From NCBI GenBank assembly GCA_051294375.1, contig JBJCIZ010001455.1:1-14241 (forward strand): DNA of 14,241 bases, in the 5' to 3' direction. Shown in pieces: positions 9,500 to 14,241 of this stretch. Under the pieces are notes generated by a model. That model was not told the DNA's origin and made no database searches. It saw nothing but the letters and a program-made list of their open reading frames with translations. The translations under genes were made by a program, and so were the position numbers. Positions within the stretch are counted from its first letter, which is position 1; each line of letters opens with the position of its first letter. Source of the stretch: Paraspadella gotoi. Taxonomy: Eukaryota > Animalia > Chaetognatha.

Positions 9500-12089
9500 T
9501 CACGGCTGGTTAACCTGTTTCCGGAGGCGGTCACGTGGCCTCTGCCTCGTGTCGTCTGCGGGGTTCGGGCTTGGGTTTTGTGCCGCTGCTAGATCCCACC
9601 CAAGATGCTGGTGCGGTAGCGCGCGGAGGGCGCTTCGCCTTTCTCGTGTTCGGCGGCGGTTGGCAGTTCGAAGTTTTCTGGCGTGGCATTCACTGTCAAC
9701 CTTTCTGATCGTCGCCTCGTGTCAATTGACTCGCCTTTAGGGGTTTCCGACCACGCGGTAAGTGGTGGGTTATAGACGCACCCTTCTCCGCTTTCGGCAG
9801 TGTACTTGTCGTACTCAACATACTCTTTCTTTTGTGCGTGCACTTTTCGTTCCTTTCCTCTGTTCACCAATTTTGTCCATGTTCTCCGTCCTCCTCTCTG
9901 TCCAGCTTCTTATCGGTCGCGCATAACTTTCACAAATCCTTATCCTTTTGTTAATGCCTCTTTTCTCTACGCCGTTCCAGGATGGTCGCCATCTCCTTGC
10001 TGTCCTCCTGTTAACATCGACATCGCGAGATGCAACCTATCTCTGGCGTTTAGCGGTTTAAGACAACTTGGTGCATAAGTCTGCCTCGGCAGAGTTTTCC
10101 CTTTTAAATAAATCTGCGATATCGGTGAAGCTCTGTTAGTCTTCTCCGTGGGGCGGGCTGTTTGTATTTTTCCCCGCCGATGTCCTTGTATCCTTTTCCA
10201 ACCTCTTGGCTAGCTTTTTTTTGTTTGCTGGCTCACTGCCGGTCTTTCTTCGAAAAGCTTTTGAAAATAGTTCGGTTTCTTTAATTTTCACCATCAACAA
10301 AAACTTCTCCGTCAACAATTTCAAAATCTGCAATTTGCGTTTACATCAAATTGTTAGTATCTATTTTGCGCTGCGAACACGCCGCCTTTCTCTCTCCGCC
10401 CATTCCCTGCGCCTTTTTTCCGTTCGCGGCCCGCGGCCATCCTGTTCGCGTGGCGAAAGCCTCTGGTTCTCTCCAGTGTTTTCCTCCTCCTCGTGTGTTC
10501 GCGGCGCGCCATCTTGCGTCGTTTTGTTTGGGGCGGGCGGCCGCCTCTTCAGGACTCGTTTACTGACTTTACAAGCTTCCAGCAACTCTTCTTCTGGTTG
10601 GTTGTTTTCCTGTAAGTCATTGTTCCCTGGTAGATGGGCGTTTGCGCTTTCTTCCGGGTTTGTTTGTCCGGACAGCCCTTTTTTGAGCAGTTGAGGTCGG
10701 TGAGTATGCTGACGGTTCGTCTCCTTCACTTGTGTTGATGAAATTATTTCTGTTCTGTTTCGCTTGTCTTTTTTTGTGTCTTCTGTTCTCCTTTTTTTTC
10801 TTTTTGCGCGCTCAACTGGTAGCCATCGTAGAATCCACTCGAGGTTCCGCTGCCGAGTTCTCGGCGCTGTCCTCCGCAATGAGGCGGCGGAAACGTCATC
10901 TGCCTATGAAGACGGTTATCCTGGTGGCGTACGGTTCCAGCGCCTTTTGTTGGAGAAGCCTGCACGGTTCTGCGATCGCGCGGTCCGTTCGTTCTGCCGC
11001 GAAGCGGTCTGTATTTTCTGCTATAGAACCTGGTGACAGTGCTATCCTGCTTTTCGGAATGCTTCCTCCGGGTCCACTGGTGACTGACAACCTTGTTCCT
11101 GCGACTTCTGCGGCCCCAATCGACGTCCTCTTCAACATTGGTCGATTGTTTTTTTCCTAGGGCTTGTCTCAGAGGCTGCCGGCCCGCACCGGGTCGATGC
11201 GTAAGATCGCTGGCCCTGCTCGTCTCGAGGCGACAAGTCGCCTGTAGTTGCGTCGTTACTTCTCCCGTCGAAACCAGCAGGTTCTTAGCGTTTTGTTAGT
11301 ATTGCCGCTGGCAGAAAATTGCGCCCCTTTTCGGGTCGCTTTTCGCGGCGTCCAGCTTGATCGTTCGGCTTTGAACCAACCGTGGCGGTAGGCGTCGCCT
11401 GTTCCCTGGTCGGTCCGTTCCCGTCTCAGCGCCGGCCGGAGCGGACGGCGTGGGGCGACGGCGGGCCTGCAGGACGGAGGTAACCTGGAGGCGGGCTCGT
11501 TGTGGTCGTTGCCTGCGCCGGGTTCTTGGTATTAACTCCTCGAGGCGTTGAAGCCGCGATTTCGAAGTTGCGACATCGGCCGCCGTCTGTGTTTGCCACA
11601 TCGCGCTTGTTCTACTCTGTGTGTGGAGCTGTCCGGCAATTGCGGTCGAGAGGGCGGCTATTGTTCCTGGCGGAGTCTGTGTTACCAGCCAAGCGTGTCG
11701 CGCGTGTCCTTGGCGTTCGTTTCCCAGGTAAAAGCCGGATTTCCCTCCGTTCAAGACTTATTTGATTTTGCTCTTCAGACAGTCCGATTACCGCGGTTTT
11801 CGTCGTTCGAGTGAGGTCCATCGTCGAGTGGCCGGCGTGGCGTGTCCGCCTGCCGCTGCGTCTTTTTCCGATTCGCTTCGGCGCCTTTCTCCAATGGTGG
11901 AACCTATCCAGCTCTCTGCTACTTCGTCACCGTTTCCCGCGCCTTTGGCTTTGGCGGGGAGGTGTCGCCGAGATCAAACAGACCCGGTTGGCTCTGTTTC
12001 CTTTATTGTTCGGCTCGGTCGGGATGTTCTCCCTCCGTCCTTTGTTCGTCGTCATTCTCTTGTATTGAATCTTGTAGTTTGAGGCGCAT
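9500..12089 (-). CDS. gag: gag region (capsid-like part ~10050-10470), frameshifted; 5' boundary tentative
   Basis: Lies between PBS and protease. ORF 10136-10333 (LTEKFL...FRRKTGSEP...LAKRLEK) resembles the retrotransposon gag R.Q..GE.....RL motif, with a TGWP motif upstream (~10435-10447). The first ATG after the PBS is at 12089. Confidence 0.55.
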
Positions 12090-12230
12090 GTTGTCGATTG
12101 TTATTCCGCGTTACTTTTATTCGAAAAGTTTATTCTTTTCAAAAAAAAAATACTTTTGTTCTATATTGATCTCTCCGTTACGGTACGTGTGCGAATTTGT
12201 TCGAGGCGGTGGGGCCTGACGGTCTCTTTG

Positions 12231-12241
12231 TCTGCCCACCA
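12231..12241 (-). promoter_or_regulatory. Putative primer-binding site
   Basis: TGGTGGGCAGA directly abuts the 5' LTR. It resembles the complement of a tRNA-Leu 3' end (TGGTGGCAG) with one extra G; the match is short and tRNA identity is uncertain. Confidence 0.55.
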
Positions 12242-12582
12242 CAATAACGTGAAGACAATGTGGTCAAAATAACAGAGTAAATTTATTTACACAACAAAGA
12301 GGATAGATATCGAGACATGAACCTAAAGGAGGATGGAGAACAGTAAATGAATCTCTACAGAGGACTTTCTTCTCCTCAAACGCAAAGTCACGAATCCTCT
12401 CAGTGGTCCCCCAACCTCCTTCAGTTTTTTTTTATTCGTTTGGGGAGCCATGGCTATCTCTCGATCTACTCCCTCTCTCCTGCTTGCTCTCCTGCCGCTC
12501 CGCTGCCGGCTCTCCCCCTGCTGTCCTCCAGTCGCCTTCGCCGTCCCCCGGCAGATCGCGGTTCAGGTCCTCTCGTTGGATG
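12242..12582 (-). repeat. 5' LTR (341 bp)
   Basis: Direct repeat of 1002-1348, bounded by the PBS on one side and the TSD on the other. Confidence 0.9.
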
Positions 12583-12586
12583 ATAG
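12583..12586. repeat. Right target-site duplication (ATAG)
   Basis: Identical to 998-1001. Confidence 0.7.
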
Positions 12587-12950
12587 TTCAAAATATTTGT
12601 GGCTTGAAGTGTGTCTTTAAGCAAAAGTGTGTGAACTCTTATTATCGTCCCTGGACTGCACGTTTAAAGTCTCAAGAGTGTCTATCAAATTAACTTAATT
12701 GTTCCAACTTCATTTTCCCATTTCCTCATTACCTTGAGGAACAGGTAGATTTGCCCATAATTGACGCTAACGAGGTTTTCGTGCATGTATTTTTCAGATT
12801 ACTGTTATTATTAACTGCTTGATACCCATCAGGGTCTCTTCAGCATTGGCTTCAGGTGGATAGGGTGTTTTGTATTCGTTTATATCATTATATTAGTCCC
12901 ATCTTTGAAGGATCTTTTCATTTAAAATAAACTCTGGCCTTCTTCAACAA
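12587..12950 (-). mobile_element. Probable upstream continuation of the interrupted LINE ORF; outer boundary uncertain (may extend to ~13090)
   Basis: The TSD implies contiguity with 1-1001 and composition is similar. Joining the flanks places this sequence directly before the LK.G.APG.D motif. It has no diagnostic motif of its own. Confidence 0.45.
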
Positions 12951-13090
12951 TAATTGTTATTAATGCTCCTTTATGTTAATAAAAACTGATCTTCATACGA
13001 CCAGCTGCAATTGAATTCCAATTTCCACTGTGTTGAGGTAAAGAAGCCCAATTTACTGGCTCTCGTGATTTTTCTGCCAAGTAATCTTTT

Positions 13091-13131
13091 CACAGAGAGA
13101 GAAATACACACAGAGAGAGAGACAGAGAGAG
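13091..13131. repeat. Imperfect AG/AC microsatellite
   Basis: cacagagagagaaatacacacagagagagagacagagagag. Confidence 0.8.
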
Positions 13132-13557
13132 GCTGCAAACAAATATTTAGAACGTGATAGAAATAAAATTGTTTTGTTAGTGTGTGATTAAGCATAAAGA
13201 CTGAAGACTTTTGTTCATCTAGTTAAAAATGAGGTTGAAAACCTTATCTATTTGCATATTATTAAAAATGAGTGAGATTGATATTGATTGTATGAAATGA
13301 AAACTTGTCGCGATAAAGCTAAACTATTTTCAATAATAAAAATCAAAAAATTATAATCCCTATTAACAAAATATATAGTTGAAAATACTCAGTTAACGAC
13401 TATGATATTTTTGACTTCCAAATATGTTTTTACTTATCAAAAAAAAATGTTATTTCCTCATTTTAAAAAAATTTTATCTTGAATGAAATTTTAGATTGTT
13501 CTTTTTTTAAGAAGATATTGCCTACCTCTCACATTAGCAGAAGCTTGCATGGCATTA

Positions 13558-13699
13558 TAAGTTATTATTCACTTTTTCTCAAATGTATCCACGAAAATCT
13601 CGGATGTAAATTTGGGATTTTGTATCGAGAATAAATGGCGATAATAAAAGTTTTTAGAAGGAAAAAAATAATCGGAATTTTTCAAAAAACGAACGATCA
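13558..13699. repeat. Direct repeat copy 1 (370 bp period)
   Basis: Aligns with 13928-14081 (gaaaatctc.gatgtaaatttgggattttgtat...gaatttttcaaaaaacgaacgatca); each copy is followed by an AG-rich microsatellite. Confidence 0.9.
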
Positions 13700-13713
13700 C
13701 GCAAAGAGAGAAA

Positions 13714-13720
<7 letters not shown>

Positions 13721-13748
<28 letters not shown>
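13721..13748. repeat. (AG)14 microsatellite
   Basis: Perfect AG run; imperfect extension back to ~13705. Confidence 0.95.
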
Positions 13749-13752
<4 letters not shown>

Positions 13753-13927
13753 CCCGCCAACGATACGCAATATTAGGTCACTCGTTTTTATCGGTTATCC
13801 GTTGCCTCGCAATGGCGACGTGATTTCGGTCAAGTTGATTTTTTTTATACACGTAACGTTTCTGTTGCCATCAAAACGCGTTATTAGGTCATGTTCCTCG
13901 ACATTGTTTGTTGATATCCAGGTGAAG

Positions 13928-14081
13928 TAAGATATTCTTCACATTTTCTTTAAAAAATCCATGAAAATCTCAGATGTAAATTTGGGATTTTGTATTGAGA
14001 AAAAAGCGCGGAATAAATGGTGATAATAAAAGTTTTCAGAAAGAAAAAAATAATCAGAATTTTTCAAAAAACGAACGATCA
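13928..14081. repeat. Direct repeat copy 2
   Basis: Copy of 13558-13699 with a ~12-nt insertion near 14000-14012 and several transitions. Confidence 0.9.
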
Positions 14082-14117
14082 GGCATGAGATCGTACAGAG
14101 AGAGACAGACGCACACA

Positions 14118-14159
14118 GAGAGAGACTGAGAGAGACTGAGAGAGACTGAGAGAGACTGA
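14118..14159. repeat. 10-bp tandem repeat (GAGAGAGACT) x~4
   Basis: Directly visible. Confidence 0.9.
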
Positions 14160-14241
14160 ACTCGTTTTTTAATGATTCAGAAAAGGCAGCGCCTAAAAAA
14201 TATATATATATAATGAAAAAATAAATAAAAGAAAGGCAAAA

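Larger units (their letters stand above)
1002..12582 (-). mobile_element. Full-length Ty3/Gypsy-like LTR retrotransposon (~11.6 kb) with accessory domains
   Basis: Direct terminal repeats, TSD, a PBS-like site, and minus-strand gag-PR-RT-RH-IN order (integrase last). RT (HQ..TAF..LPM), RNase H (TDAS) and GPY/F motifs are Gypsy-type. Confidence 0.9.

Noticed and set aside
1002-12582. DIRS/Ngaro or BEL/Pao classification
   Set aside because: Protease, DDE-type integrase, TSD and simple direct LTRs exclude tyrosine-recombinase elements; the RT, TDAS and GPY/F motifs favour Gypsy over BEL/Pao.
1118-12693. Many plus-strand ORFs rich in Phe/Leu/Ser/Cys that look like membrane proteins (e.g. 3548-3856, 10206-10694, 10732-11160)
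   Set aside because: They are antisense shadows of the A-rich minus coding strand with no family motifs.
13091-14159. CRISPR-like or regulatory array
   Set aside because: Only microsatellites and a two-copy duplication are present; no repeat-spacer structure, and the context is eukaryotic.

Overview
Eukaryotic, repeat-derived DNA with no intact gene; the supplied ORFs are mostly frameshift fragments or antisense shadows. The window is dominated by a full-length ~11.6 kb Ty3/Gypsy-type LTR retrotransposon on the minus strand (1002-12582). It has ~345 bp LTRs at 12242-12582 and 1002-1348, a PBS-like TGG abutting the 5' LTR, and a 4-bp TSD (ATAG). Reading across frameshifts, the domain order is gag, protease (DTGAS), RT, RNase H (TDAS), integrase (HHCC, core, GPY/F). 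It appears to carry three extra modules: a dsRNA-binding motif between RNase H and integrase, a DEDDy (RNase D/WRN/EXD-like) 3'-5' exonuclease after integrase, and C2H2 zinc fingers just before the 3' LTR. The LTR termini appear to be CA...TG rather than TG...CA. The element interrupts the RT-encoding ORF of a minus-strand LINE. The right end is AT-rich, with AG microsatellites and a 370-bp-period duplication. Pervasive 1-nt indels suggest poorly polished long-read sequence, so all protein calls are by-eye motif mosaics with approximate boundaries and need frameshift-aware HMM confirmation.
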